DNA of 64,000 bases from assembly GCF_018350175.1 (NCBI RefSeq), contig NC_058368.1:5146001-5210000 (forward strand), read 5' to 3'. This document shows, piece after piece, positions 36,221 to 48,511 of the stretch. The position numbers and the translations under genes are program-made. The stretch comes from Felis catus (lineage: Eukaryota). Each line of letters starts with the position of its first letter. Positions within the stretch are counted from its first letter, which is position 1. The notes below the pieces were generated by a model. It searched no databases, was not told the origin of the DNA, and saw nothing but the letters and a program-made list of their open reading frames with translations.

Positions 36221-37907
36221 TACTTGAGATTCTGTTATATTTCTTTGAACCTAATATCTAACAAAACCTACTTGCTTGAGTCTTTGTCGTCTGAGATCGT
36301 CAGTCAATATTTGCAGAGAGGATCTTCAAATATTATGCACCTGCAATTTATGTTAAATGAACCTTTGGCCCCGTGCTGCATGGTCTAGAGAGAGAAGCTG
36401 GCAAATCTTACCCACCCCCATGACAACCTCCCTCATGACCAGTGGGCATTTTGGTAGCAATTTCCTCTTCCCAGACACCGGTCAGTAATTAGAGTCGAGT
36501 TTTTTAAAGACACATATCTTAAAAATGTTTCCCTCTGAGTGTATATTTTCTTCATAATGTAGTCCTCAAATGGCTGTCCCCCAGAAATGGAGAAAGTAAA
36601 TACAGAAGAAAAAGTAACCCAAGGGCCATGTTCAAACACCATTAGGCTGTCCATGGCACTGAGTCTTGTTGGGAAGGCAAGGTAGGTTTTGTTACCGGGG
36701 GATAAAGCTAGGCTTTTTAGATCGTCCCTGAACTTTGAGTTTTTGGGAATTTCTTTTAGCATTGATGAAATCGTGGGCTGTGATACCAAATACAGTGTGG
36801 GTAACCGAGATGATACTTGTGCTGTCGTTAGCAGTCTGATACCTTGTTCCATTGGCGTGTGGTTGTTTTGCTTTAAGGGGAAGATCTGACTCTCAGGCTG
36901 TGTCTGTGTGATCGAGAGCTATGTTGTCTGTAGTCTGCGGTCCGTTTCAGCAGAGGTCTTGGCCTTAGGAGCATGGCTGTGGGGTATGACTGAAGATACC
37001 CTGGGTAGGAGAGGTATCCCGTGGTTCTACGTCCACCGTAAGGCTCTTTTAGGCAGAATGTGGACAGGATGTATCAACGCCATGCCAGAAATACCACGCA
37101 GGGCAGATGAGACCTTGGATGTGGCGATGGCCGTGTGAACTCAGTGCCGCGGCATCACGCTGTGAGGTCAGCACTGCCGTGTTGCACCGTGACAAATATC
37201 TAATGACATGTATCCACCATTACAGAATCACAGAGTATTGTCACTGCTCTACAGGTCCCCTGGGCTTTACCTGTTTATCCTCCTCTGTCCCCGGCCCCTG
37301 GCTACCACTGATCTTTTTAGTGTCTCCATCGTTTTGCCTTTTCCAGAATATCATGTGGTTGGAATCCTACAGGACGTTTTCAGACTGGCTTCTTCGCTTA
37401 GTGATTCGCATTTAAGACTCATCCGTGCCTTTTCACAGCTTGATATCAAGCTGTTTTTTAAAATCCCTGAATAATGGTCTGTTGCCTGGATGGACCACAG
37501 TTTATTTATCCATTAAGCTACTGAAGGATATCTTGGTTGCTTCCAAGTTTTGGCACTTATGAATAAACCTGCTGTGAAGGTCTGTGTGCAGGTTTGTGTG
37601 TGGACATACATTTTCAACTCCTTTGGGTAATCTGATCATATAATGAGAGCATACTTAATTTTATAAGAAGCTGCCGAACTGTCTTCTAGAGAGGCTGTGG
37701 CATTGTACATTCTTACCAGCAGTGAGTAAGGATTCCTGCCGTTGCACATCCTCACCAGCATTTGGTGCCATCGGTGTTTTGGATTTTAGCCATTCTAATA
37801 CTTGCTGTCCTTTGCAATTCCCTAATGACGCGTGATGTGGAGCATCTTTTCATATGCTTCTCTGACATCTGTATTTCTTTTTGTATCTAAGTACAAAGAA
37901 CTCTTCA

Positions 37908-38092
37908 ATGTTTGTTTCAGAGAGAGAGAGAGAGTCAGAGAGAGACACACACACATACACACAGAATCCGAAGCAGGTTCCAGGCTCTGAGCTGTCAGCA
38001 CAGAGCCTGATGTGAGGCTTGAACTCATGAATGGTGAGATCAGACCTGAGCCGAAGTCAGATGCTTCACGGCCTGAGCCACCCAGGCACTCC
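37908..38092 (-). mobile_element. Can-SINE
   Basis: TSD tacaaa(g/a)aactcttcaa. Confidence 0.9.
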
Positions 38093-38157
38093 TACAAAAA
38101 ACTCTTCAAACTCAGCAATAAGAAAACATATAACTTGATTTACAAATGGGCAAAAGA

Positions 38158-38378
38158 GGGGCGCCTGGGTGGCGCAGTCGGTTAAGCGTCTGACTTCAGC
38201 CAGGTCACGATCTCGCGGTCTGGGAGTTCGAGCCCCGCGTCAGGCTCTGGGCTGATGGCTCAGAGCCTGGAGCCTGTTTCCGATTCTGTGTCTCCCTCTC
38301 TCTCTGCCCCTCCCCCGTTCATACTCTGTCTCTCTCTGTCCCAAAAATAAATAAAAACGTGGAAAAAAAAAAAAAAAA
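38158..38378 (+). mobile_element. Young Can-SINE
   Basis: TSD acaaatgggcaaaaga. Confidence 0.95.
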
Positions 38379-38639
38379 ACAAATGGGCAAAAGATTTGAA
38401 CCGGTGGTTCACCATGAAAGATATGTTTTGCAGATATCTTCTCCCAGTCTGTGGCTTGTCTTTCATTCTCTAAGAGTCTTTTGCAGAGCGTATGTTTTCC
38501 ATTTTAACAAAATCCAACTTATCAATATTTACCTTCACAGATTATGCTCTTTCTTGTTGTTTCAAGTTTTCTTTGATAATATTTTTTCTTAGCTTTTTAA
38601 AACTTACATGTGTAAAGTTATTCTTGTAGAGGATACTTA

Positions 38640-38836
38640 AAATTTTTTTTTAACATTTATTTATTAGTTTTGAGAGACAGAGACAGAGCACGAGCAGGGG
38701 AGGGGCAGAGAGAGAGGGAGACACAGAATCCGAAGCAGGCTGCAGGCTCCAGGCTCCGAGCTGTCAGCACAGAGCCCGGCTCGGGGCTCGAACTCATGAG
38801 CCACGAGATCATGACACTGCGCCACCCAGGCGTCCC
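38640..38836 (-). mobile_element. Can-SINE with internal deletion
   Basis: TSD gaggatactt/gagggtactt. Confidence 0.88.
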
Positions 38837-39119
38837 TGGAGGGTACTTTTAAATTGTGAGTAACACATACTGTTTTTTCCTCCTAACACAGGCGAGAACT
38901 AATCAGTACATGAATCCTTTTCCTCCCCGCTCTTGGCCCCGCAGACAAAAAGAAGACTGAAGCTTGGCTGTCTGACTCCCTCCCCTACTGCCTTCTCTGC
39001 TGAAATCACCTGAGTTGGCTTCTGAGCGTGTTCACTGTTTTCTTTGCTCACCAGGCTTCCTTGTGTACCGCTCTTCTTGTTGGAGTAGATCCCCCAGGAT
39101 CTCCCAGTGACCAGCTGGG

Positions 39120-40200
39120 AGTGTAAAGGGTTTCTCCGTGTCCCTGAAAATGCTTTTATGTCATCCTCCCAATTAAGCGACAGTTTTGCTGAATACAGAG
39201 GTCTAGCCTCCAAACTCTTTTCCTTCAGTGCTTTAAGGAGATCGCTTCATTATCTTCCTGTACCCAGATTTGCTGATGAGAATCTACGTCCATCAGACTC
39301 TTGTTCCTTTGCAGCTAAGCTATTTTCCTTTTTGATTAGTTTTTAATGATATACGTGTCCTTGGTGTTCTCAAGTTTCAGTCTAATGGATTTTCTTTTGC
39401 CCATTAGTTAATTGCTCGGTGCTGGAGGACCCTTTCAATCTAAGAATGCTATCTTTCTTTTGGGGGGACGTTTTTATCTTGCCTTGTCAATCACTGCCTC
39501 CCCTGTCCTCCCCCCCTCCTGCTTGCAGCTTCCTTTACATCAATGTTGGCACTTCTGTGTCCCCCCACCCACTCCCAGGGGTTTCTTAATTGTATTTATA
39601 TTCCTTATCTCCTAATGCCCCATTGGGGCGTTACCTGGCTGTTCACTGATGCACTCTTTAGCTTTGGTTTTCCTTTCTTTTCATTTTTTTTCTCCTTGGT
39701 TTTTAATATCTACCGACTTTTTATTTATTTATTTTTTATTTTTTTTTCAACGTTTATTTATTTTTGGGACAGAGAGAGACAGAGCATGAACGGGGGAGGG
39801 GCAGAGAGAGAGGGAGACACAGAATCGGAAACAGGTTCCAGGCTCTGAGCCATCAGCCCAGAGCCCGACGCGGGGCTCGAACTCACGGACCCCGAGATCG
39901 TGACCTGGCTGAAGTCGGACGCTTAACCGACTGCGCCACCCAGGCACCCCTCTACCGACTTTTTATTTCAACATTTATGTATTTCATTTCCAAGGTCTCT
40001 AATTGATTCTTTTTTTTCAAAACACTCTAGTATTGTGTAAGGTCCTGAGCACTCTGCTTTCCTGGAGGATGTGAATTACACGTTTCAAAGTATTTTTCTG
40101 ATTGTTTTATTATTGGAGTGTGAGTTCTGTTTGTTTTCTCCTTTTCAAGGTGTTCATGCACCATGTAGTTCTGTGTGATTCCAGAACTCATTTTTTAAAA
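39120..40200 (-). mobile_element. Ancient L1/HAL1-type ORF1 region
   Basis: cagttttgctgaatacagag...gctgatgagaatct antisense ORF1 motifs. Confidence 0.55.
39726..39950 (-). mobile_element. Young Can-SINE
   Basis: 18-bp TSD tctaccgactttttattt. Confidence 0.95.
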
Positions 40201-41123
40201 GTTGGTTTATTTATTTTAAGGGGGTGGGGGATGGGCAGAGAGAGAGGTGTTTTGTTTTGTTTTTTTTTCCTCAGTTGAGGGTCCCTGGAGAGGGCCAAGC
40301 AAAGCTGCGGGGGATCGGGGATCATCCACACTGTCTTCAGTTGAGTGCAGAGCAGGTGAAACGTGCTAGCAGGTGCCTGCAGGGATGGTCTGCTCAGCTC
40401 CTCACTCCTTCCACATAAACAGCTCTGTGTCCCACGAGCCAGAGGAAGCTCTCTGCAAAGGAAAAGTGTGGGTCAGTTTCCAAAGGGCCAGAGTTTCAGT
40501 GGTTTATCCCTGGCCAGGTGTCCTATGGGACCACATTAGCCACACAAGTAGTCTATCCTGTGTTTATCCTCTCTTTTCTTTTGCTTAGATGCACGCCTGC
40601 TGGTTGCAGAGGGGAAGTCACGCACAGCATTCTCTTTTTGTTTGATCTGTGCTGTAGCTTAGGCTGAGCACAGTCCCGACTGTAGGCAGGGATACAGCCC
40701 AGATGACTCTAGTCGGACCTTTTGGGTTCCGACCCCGACACATCCTCGCTGGGCGTCCATGAGGAAGTGAGTTACCTGACTCCATGAGCCCCGCTTTCCT
40801 CGTCCATAACATGCAGGTGGTAATAATACCTCACTGGTTACAGAAAGACCTTAAATATAATAACATATATGGAGCACCTACCACTACCCGAAACTTAATG
40901 TCATTCATTGATTATTGTAAAATTAAGAATTAAAAACAATGACATGATATGCTCTTGTAATTATTTCAAGAATAATATGCTAGGGATTATAGGGCTCTGA
41001 CCCTCCTCCATTTTATTTTATCCATAACTAGATTGTTAACTTTTCTTCATGTAATATGAACTCTGTATGGATACCAAAGTCTTTGTCTGGAAAGTCAAAT
41101 GACAATCATAGTGGGCTTAATTA

Positions 41124-41340
41124 AAAACAATTTTTTAAATGTTTATTTATTTTTGAGAGAGAAAGAGAGAGAGACAGCCGGGGGGAGGGGCAGAGAGAGA
41201 GGGAGACACAGAATCTGAAGCAGGCTCCAGGTTCTGAGCTGTCAGCACAGAGACAGATGCAGGGGTCGAACCCACGAACTGTGAGATCATGACCTGAGCC
41301 GAAGTTGGTTGCTTAACTGACTGAGCCACCCAGGCACCCC
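41124..41340 (-). mobile_element. Can-SINE
   Basis: TSD atagtgggcttaatt. Confidence 0.93.
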
Positions 41341-42106
41341 ATAGTGGGCTTAATTTTTAAAGAACATTGCAATATTCCTCTCACATCACCAAATGCATGG
41401 GAGAATTTGCTCTTGTGAAACAAACCAGTTTTCCACCTTATTATGGTGCTTTGGAAAACTTAGAGGAATACAGGGATCCCATACCTCCCTGCGCCCACAC
41501 TGGTTACTGGAAGGGATATGGGGCGTGCCCAGTTGGCCCCATTGCAGACTCGCACTTTTAAACCAAAATTATGCTAAGCTGAGTAGCAGTCTGAACATTA
41601 GTAGGAATGGATGTTTTTCCTCTTGGAATCCAAATTGTCATTTTCTCTCATCACTGTACATGGAAGGTGTGACCACCCCTTACACTCCAGACTCTGCAAC
41701 AGTTTAAGGGTGTCTCTCTCTTTTTTTTTTTCTTTTACAACCTTGATTTCTGCCACAGAGCACATCTTTCAGGGACCCTCTGGCCTCTCAGCTGATCTTG
41801 GAAATACATGATTACATCGTAGTGTCTCCAGACCCTCAGGGGAAAATGTTCCCACTCCTTTTGCACTGGAAATAAAAAGAACAGGTCCATTCTGTGATTG
41901 GAACTAAGGCACTAAGTAACCTGAGGTGCTTGGAGCCTAGAGAACCACTGAGAATTTCTCAGGACAGTGTGAGCAGCTGTGAACCTCCCGCTGTGTGTTC
42001 TAGCAGGAATTAAAATTGTGCGGACGGTTTTGCATGACACAGGGTCTAAATGAACAGGCTTCCACATCTTAAACTTTTCCCTTTTACATTTACATGTATT
42101 CATGTG

Positions 42107-42180
42107 TTTTTTTTAAATGTAAAAAATTGTTTTTCAGAGAGAAAGCTTACATGGGGGGAGAGAGTCAGAGGGAGAGAATC

Positions 42181-42211
<31 letters not shown>

Positions 42212-42625
42212 GAGAGACAGTGTGGGGGAGGGGCAGAGGGACAAAGAGAGAGAATCTCAGGCAGGCTCTGTGCTCAGCATGGAGCCTGATGCTGGGCTGG
42301 GTCCCACTTGGGATCATGACCTGAGCCCAAATCAAGAGTTGGACATTCAACCAACTGAGCCACCCAGGTGCCCCTCTACGTATTCATTTCTTTTAAAAAA
42401 AAAAATTAATGTTTATTTTCAAGAGAGAGAGAGAGAGAGAGCGAGAGCGTGAGCAGGGGAGGGGCAGAGAGAGAGGGAGACAGAATCCGAAGCAGGCTCC
42501 AGGCTCTGGCTCCAGGTTCTGAGCTGTCAGCACAGAGCCCGGCCTGGGGCTCGAACTCACGAACCACGAGATCATGACCTGAGCTGAAGTTGGACGCTTA
42601 ACCGACTGAGCCACCCAGGCGCCCC
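42107..42625 (-). mobile_element. Two tandem Can-SINEs (42107-42374 with doubled 3' end; 42391-42625)
   Basis: Two SINE heads, three T-tails, shared ctctacgt flank. Confidence 0.88.
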
Positions 42626-44364
42626 TCTACGTGCTCATTTTTAAACACTTGCCTCTGCTTTTGTAGGGCTGAGGGTCATATGCACATTGTACGTTGGCTT
42701 TAGCACTTTTCCGCTGTAGAAGGTGAAGCCCTGTGTTCGCCTCGTACTGTCTAAGCTTCTGGTTGGTGGGCATTGGGTATTTATGTACATGTTCATGGCC
42801 TTAGTGCTTCACTACTCTCTAAAATGGGTATAAATAAAACCCCTTTCGCTAAGTTACTGTTGAAGTGCTTGAAACATTACTTAGAGCTATAGCTTCCTAA
42901 AAGTCTAATGATAATTTAGTAACCATAAGAGTGTTTGTCCACGAGAAGAACTTAAGATAGGTGTTTCTTTTCTGTAACCTGAAAATATTTTCTATGTTAA
43001 ATGCAATGTAAATGTTTCTATATATTAAGACTTTTTTTTTTCTCTTCACTAATATTTTAAAATACGTTTGTGGGTCCCGGTTGTTCCGGAAGAGACTTTT
43101 GTGTTGTCTTTCTCTGTGAGAATCTAAGAAGGGAAGGAAGGGAAGGAGGTTGTCAGGCAGGCAGGAAGGGTCTTGCCCTAGAGAAAAGGTGGAAAACTTG
43201 CTGGAGGGCAGGTCAAGGACACTGTGGTGCCCGGTGGTCAGGAGAGGGGGAGGATCGGCCTGAACGCAGGAGCAGTGGGTGGAAGGGAAAGTGGAATTGC
43301 GTGAGGGCAGGTGTGCATGGAGAGTGTGCTTGAAGGGAATGTTGCTCTCCCTGTTCGATGGAAAGTAGGTTCACCAAGGTGGCCTGGAGGTATCCGAGGG
43401 AAACCGATGAAGAGCGAGGGCCAAGCTCTGCCAGGTGATAGGACAGCCTTCTGCTGCTAACGTGGGATTAGAGGAGCACAGGACAGACTTCCTGCCCCCA
43501 GTCACAGACTATGGAGAATGAAATTTCCATTTAAAAGGATGCGAGAAGATACACAGATTAAGGAAGACAGTGGCTCTTCATGAGGTTTGAGGGACTATAG
43601 GGAGAGAAGTAACCGTTGGTTTGTTTCCAGGAACTGAAAATAGGCACATTTGGAAATGGGAAATCTCAGCATTTTAGATGTAAGGAGAATGAAGTAGAAA
43701 CTGGTGGAGTTTGTAATGTTAAAAGAGGAACGTGATCATGCTGTGTGTGATGAGCTCCGGGCTTAAGTGAGGTCAGCAACGGTGGGAGAGGAGGTATCCG
43801 CCTGTGGTCTACTTTCTGGGAAGTGTCCTTAACTGGGTCTAGGTTCACGTGCAGATCTTCAGTCCCGTACCTTAGGTCAGTGGCGAATCAGCTAGAGGGC
43901 TACTGGGGGCAACATACACGAATGATGTCGACAGGTGCAGAGGCTGCCTGGGGGAGCCCGCGTTTGGTGTTTGACAGAGAAGGACATCGGTGAGCCTCTT
44001 TGTCACACTCAGCTTTGGATTGGAGGGGTACTTGAAATAACGTCACGTAGCCGGTTTTCACTGAAATCAACAAATATCGATTGAAACCTTCCCGCGTATA
44101 ATGCGTGACCTGGCTACTGTGTGGATAAAGGAGACACGATACTACACAGTTCCTGTTTCCCGGGAATTGACCATCTGGTTGGGGGAGATAAGACCCAGAC
44201 ATGTGAGGAGGAGGTAATAAAAATAAAGAATATTTGGAGACAACAGCAGGGCACCCACAGGGCGTGATGAATTGCGGAATGAGTCACGAGGATGGTAAAT
44301 GAACGCTGGAAGCAGAGCCTGGTGATACTGTGCTTTTCAGAGCAGGATTTGAGTGAGGTGGTTA

Positions 44365-44785
44365 TTTTTTGGCTTTTTAAAAAGTCAGGGCAATTAAGGT
44401 GTAATTTACATACCATGGAATTCACCCTTTTTAGGTGTGTCGTGTGGCTCCGTGATGTTGACAAATGCACACACCTGCGTACAATCTAGACCCGGACCAG
44501 TTTTCATTTCCCCCAGAGTCCTCCCTTGTCCTTTCTAGGCAGTTCCCTGCCCCTCCTCTCTCCCAGCTCCAGACAAGCACTGTTCCGATTTGTTTCTGTT
44601 GTTTTGCCTTTTCCAGACAAATGGAATCCCGTGTATATTGCAGTCTTTTTTTGTGTTTGGCTTCTTTTGCTTTCTGCTTTTGAGCTTTACCCGTGTCTGT
44701 CATTTCTTTCGTTCCTTTGTACGGCTGACCGGCATTTTGTGGTATGGATGTACCACAGTATGTTCATCCATTTTCCCGGTTCCTT
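44365..44785 (-). mobile_element. Old L1 3' end
   Basis: taatttacataccatggaattcaccctttt...ggatgtaccacagt. Confidence 0.75.
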
Positions 44786-45409
44786 GAGTTAGGTTTCAAA
44801 GGATGGGCGGATCTAGATGGAGGTGGTGGTGGTGGGGAGGGGACAAGGTAACTCAGAGGTAGAGTGGCATGATTTGAAATAGAGCAAGTTTCCGAGATAT
44901 ATCCTGAGCAGCAGTAAACCAGAGAGGAAGCCTCCTGAATAGGCAGCTTTATCTGCATTTTTATTATTGATCAACCCAGCTTCAGCCTTTCCTCCACCTT
45001 CATAACCAGCCGGCAGTAATTTCTCCCTGCCCTGGACCCTGTCATTCTGTCCACTCTCTGCCCATCTGTTTGCCCCTTCATCCCTCCATTCTGCCATCAT
45101 TTATTCACTTGTTCTGTTCATTCATCACTCAGCCTTCAAAGTGCTGGGCACTGAGTTAGAATCAGGCGACACAAATTAGAAATCAAAATCCCTGCCACCT
45201 AGAAGTTCTTAGTCTAGTGGGGGACATGACAGGAAAGCCAACACTTAATAAAACCCCTCATCATGTAATGATTTGAATTACTTAACTTTCGACGTGGGTT
45301 CTGTAGGGCAGGAAGAAGGCACCCTCCGTGTTGGTGCCTTGAATATCCTGAGATCAACACGTATAAAAGATAATTTAAGTTGAAGCCATTTAGATTAGTT
45401 TTGGTCTTT

Positions 45410-45632
45410 TTTAAAAAAAAATTTTTTTTTTAACGTTTATTTATTTTTGAGACAGAGAGAGACAGAGCATGAACGGGGGAGGGTCAGAGAGAGGGAGACA
45501 CAGAATCTGAAACAGGCTCCAGGCTCTGAGCTGTCAGCACAGAGCCTGACGCAGGGCTCGAACTCATGGACCGCGAGATCATGACCTGAGCCAAAGTCGG
45601 ATGCTTAACCGACTGAGCCACCCAGGCGCCCC
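45410..45632 (-). mobile_element. Can-SINE
   Basis: TSD agttttggtcttt. Confidence 0.95.
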
Positions 45633-45730
45633 AGTTTTGGTCTTTGGGAAAGAAAAGAAACCCAGTCGTATACATGTTTATTTTTTGCCCTTCTTGGATG
45701 CCATCGGGGAGAAACTTTGGCCAAGACGGG

Positions 45731-45858
45731 GAGCCTGGAGCCTGTTTCAGATTCTGTGTCTCCCTCTCTCTCTGACCCTCCCCCGTTCATGCTCTGTCTC
45801 TCTATGTCTCAAAAATAAATAAACGTCAAATAAAAAAAATAAAAAATAAAAAATAAAA
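45731..45858 (+). mobile_element. Can-SINE 3' half, no visible TSD
   Basis: Starts at gagcctggagcc and ends in an A-tail. Confidence 0.9.
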
Positions 45859-46391
45859 CCATTAAATTCTACCGCGTGGAGGTGGATGGACAAAGGCAGC
45901 CAGGGTATCCCTGGATTCACTCGTTTAGTGCTGAGCCCGGGTGCTGTGAGCTGTAGTCAGCCGTAGACCCCAGCCATGGTGGAAGTCCGTGGTGTGGTGC
46001 TAGTGATTGACGGGGAGCCCCGCTCCAGCAACTGTGGCACTCTGGTTGAAAGGAAATTCTGTTGCTTTTACACTTACTGTGCCTTTCCTTTGCGCCTGTG
46101 CACATGTCCCTGCAGACCCCAACGGAGGGACTCCTCCTCCACGGGGCCCTTCTTGGTTGATCAAGATTAACGGGCATTTCGTTCGTTTGCCTGAGCCGCC
46201 CTGGCATTTCATGTGTCCCACTTGTTAATCCTTGCCTACTTCTTTCAGACTTCTCAGAATTATTTACCTGCTGTTTACTGTAGTAGACACTTTCATGGCT
46301 GTATTTCTCATTGCGGGTTTCTTTGTCTTATTTTCTTTGGATTAATTTCAGAATTATAGAAGGGTTGCAAAGATAAGACAGGTTTTTGGTA

Positions 46392-46725
46392 TGTCCTCTA
46401 AAAAAAAAAAAAGCCAGCCTCAAAATCGGTTGACAAATGCTTCATCTGCTGTTTTACGAGGACTCTAGCCTGGGAGACAGTGTATCAGATCACTCTCCAA
46501 GAACTTTCTGGAATCTTGCCAGTTTATAGGGGATTCTACGCAAAAAGGGGAGGGGTGTGGGTGCTTGTCAAGGTATGATTGCATGTCACAAGTAGTAAAA
46601 CTTGTTGTTCTGTAAAAATTAAGGATTTGTTATAAATTTGTTGCAAAAACTAAGGATTACGGATTCCCTGGTAGGTGCACGAAAGACCCTTGGTTCGTTT
46701 TCACACATTATGTTTCCACCATATC
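46392..46725 (-). mobile_element. ERV1-type solo LTR
   Basis: TG...CA ends; gaggactctagcctgggagacagtgtatcagat motif. Confidence 0.5.
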
Positions 46726-46859
46726 TGATTGTTCAAAAATATTGCCTGCAAGCCGCCACTTAACTGCTTTTCTGGTTCTTCTTGTTTTTGGTTTCTCTTT
46801 GAGGTCACTTGAGACAGTCATCAGGCTGACATCAGCCCCCTACTGCAGTTTGGGTGTAG

Positions 46860-47350
46860 AGATGCGTTCGTCACCCGGCTTCCCTGGTTTTAACGTCTTG
46901 CTTAACCGCGAGGCATTGGTCAAAACTAAGAAACTAACATTGTTGAAATACTAATTAACTAAGCGACGCATCTTACTCGGATTTCACCAGTTTTTGCCCT
47001 AATGTCTTTTTTCTTTTTTCGTTCCTAGATCCTGCTCAGGATCTCACACTGTTTTTAGTGGTCATGGCTCTTTTGTCTTCTCTGATCTGTGACACTTTCT
47101 GTCTTTCCTTATTTGAAGAGTACTCATCAGTTATTTTACACAAGGTGCTTCAGTTCGGGTTTGTCTTCAATTTGGCGTTTTCCCCTGTGATTAGTATCTG
47201 CCGAACTGTCTTCCAAAGTGACTTGTATTAACATTTTGCGTTCGTATTTCCCCCAGCAGTGAGGGTCCCTGTTGCTTCTTTGCATTTGGTATTGTTGATT
47301 TTACCAACTGTAGTAGGTGAGCGAGCAGTGGTGCCTCACTGGGACTTTAG
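46860..47350 (-). mobile_element. Old L1 3' fragments
   Basis: ggtcaaaactaagaaactaacatt...tattaactaa motif. Confidence 0.65.
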
Positions 47351-47369
47351 TTTGAATTTTGAATTTGAA

Positions 47370-47945
47370 TTTTATTTTTCATGTTTATTTATTCTTTAGG
47401 AAGAGAGAGACAGAGTGTGAGTGGGGGAAGGGCAGAGAGCAAGGGAGACACAGAATCCGAAGCAGGCTCCAGGCTCCGAGCTGTCAGCACAGAGCTGGAC
47501 GTGGGGCTCGAATCCACGAACCGCGAGATCATGACCTGAGCCAAAGTTGGACGCCTAACCAACTGAGCCACCCAGGCGCCCCCGCTTTTTTTTTTTGAAA
47601 GAGAGAGAGGGAGCAAGTGAGCCAGGGGCAGAGAGAGAGAGAGAGAGAGAGAGAGAAGCAGGGCTCATCGGAAGCAGGGCTCATGTTTTTACCTGAAGCG
47701 GGACTCGAGCTCACCCAAAGCAGGGCTCGAATTTACCTGATGTGGGACTCAAACTCGCGAACCGTGAGATCATGACCTGAGCCGAAGTCAGATGCTTAAC
47801 AACTGAGCCACCTAGGTGCCCCTGAACTTTAAAAAACATTTTTCAATTTTATTCTAAGTAGGTGCGATGCCCAATGTGGGGCTTGAACTCATAACCCTGA
47901 GATCAAGAGTCATGTGCTGTAACCGACTGAGCCAGCCAGGCCCCC
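47370..47945 (-). mobile_element. Three tandem Can-SINEs of different types
   Basis: Standard copy 47370-47583, copy with internal tandem repeats 47586-47823, short tRNA-like copy 47840-47945. Confidence 0.88.
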
Positions 47946-48059
47946 TGTCTGATACTTTGTGAGCCTGCTGTTTGACTTTGTCATCTGGAGGGGGTTCATC
48001 TGGGATCCATTTCATCTTGTATGGGCCTTAACTGTAAGGGATGCTTATTGAAAATCTCA

Positions 48060-48511
48060 TGTAAAAGAAAATATTTTCCCTCCACCCTTCTAGGTTCTTG
48101 GCTGAGACCCCTCTCCTTGTAACAAAAGAGCAAATTAACAGGAGTGAACAATTTTGTGTGTGTGCCCTCACAGGAGCCCCACAAAGATGGGAGACTCGGA
48201 GGGCAGCCAGGGGACCAGTGTCCGAGCTAAGGAAGGGGCTGGGGCTTCCAAGAGGGGAGGCGACTCACGAGGAGGCGAGAGGAGAGGGAATATTTGGCAA
48301 AGGCTCCCCCTTAGGTGATGAAGTTACTCCTGGCCAAAGTTCTCTTCCGGGTACGGGCCCCATTTCTAATAGAAGTTTCCCTTCCAAAGGCGTCGCCGCT
48401 GTTCTATTTTCAGAGCTTTTCCCATGTCTGCAGTTTCTCAAAATAATCAACTCAAAATAATGCTTATTTCCAAGAGGCACGCTCTGGGGTCGTATACTCT
48501 GCTGCCTTTCA
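48060..48511 (-). mobile_element. ERV1 (MER34-like) solo LTR
   Basis: tgtaaaag...cctttca ends, flanks ctca/ctga, ctcaaaataatcaactcaaaataat motif. Confidence 0.7.

Larger units (their letters stand above)
37185..38560 (-). mobile_element. Old L1 3' region with an internal inversion and two Can-SINEs
   Basis: Antisense L1 motifs with a sense-oriented piece at 37883-38424. Confidence 0.8.

Noticed and set aside
36433..36852. 139-aa minus-strand ORF
   Set aside because: No recognisable domain or exon boundaries; length is compatible with chance in 64 kb.
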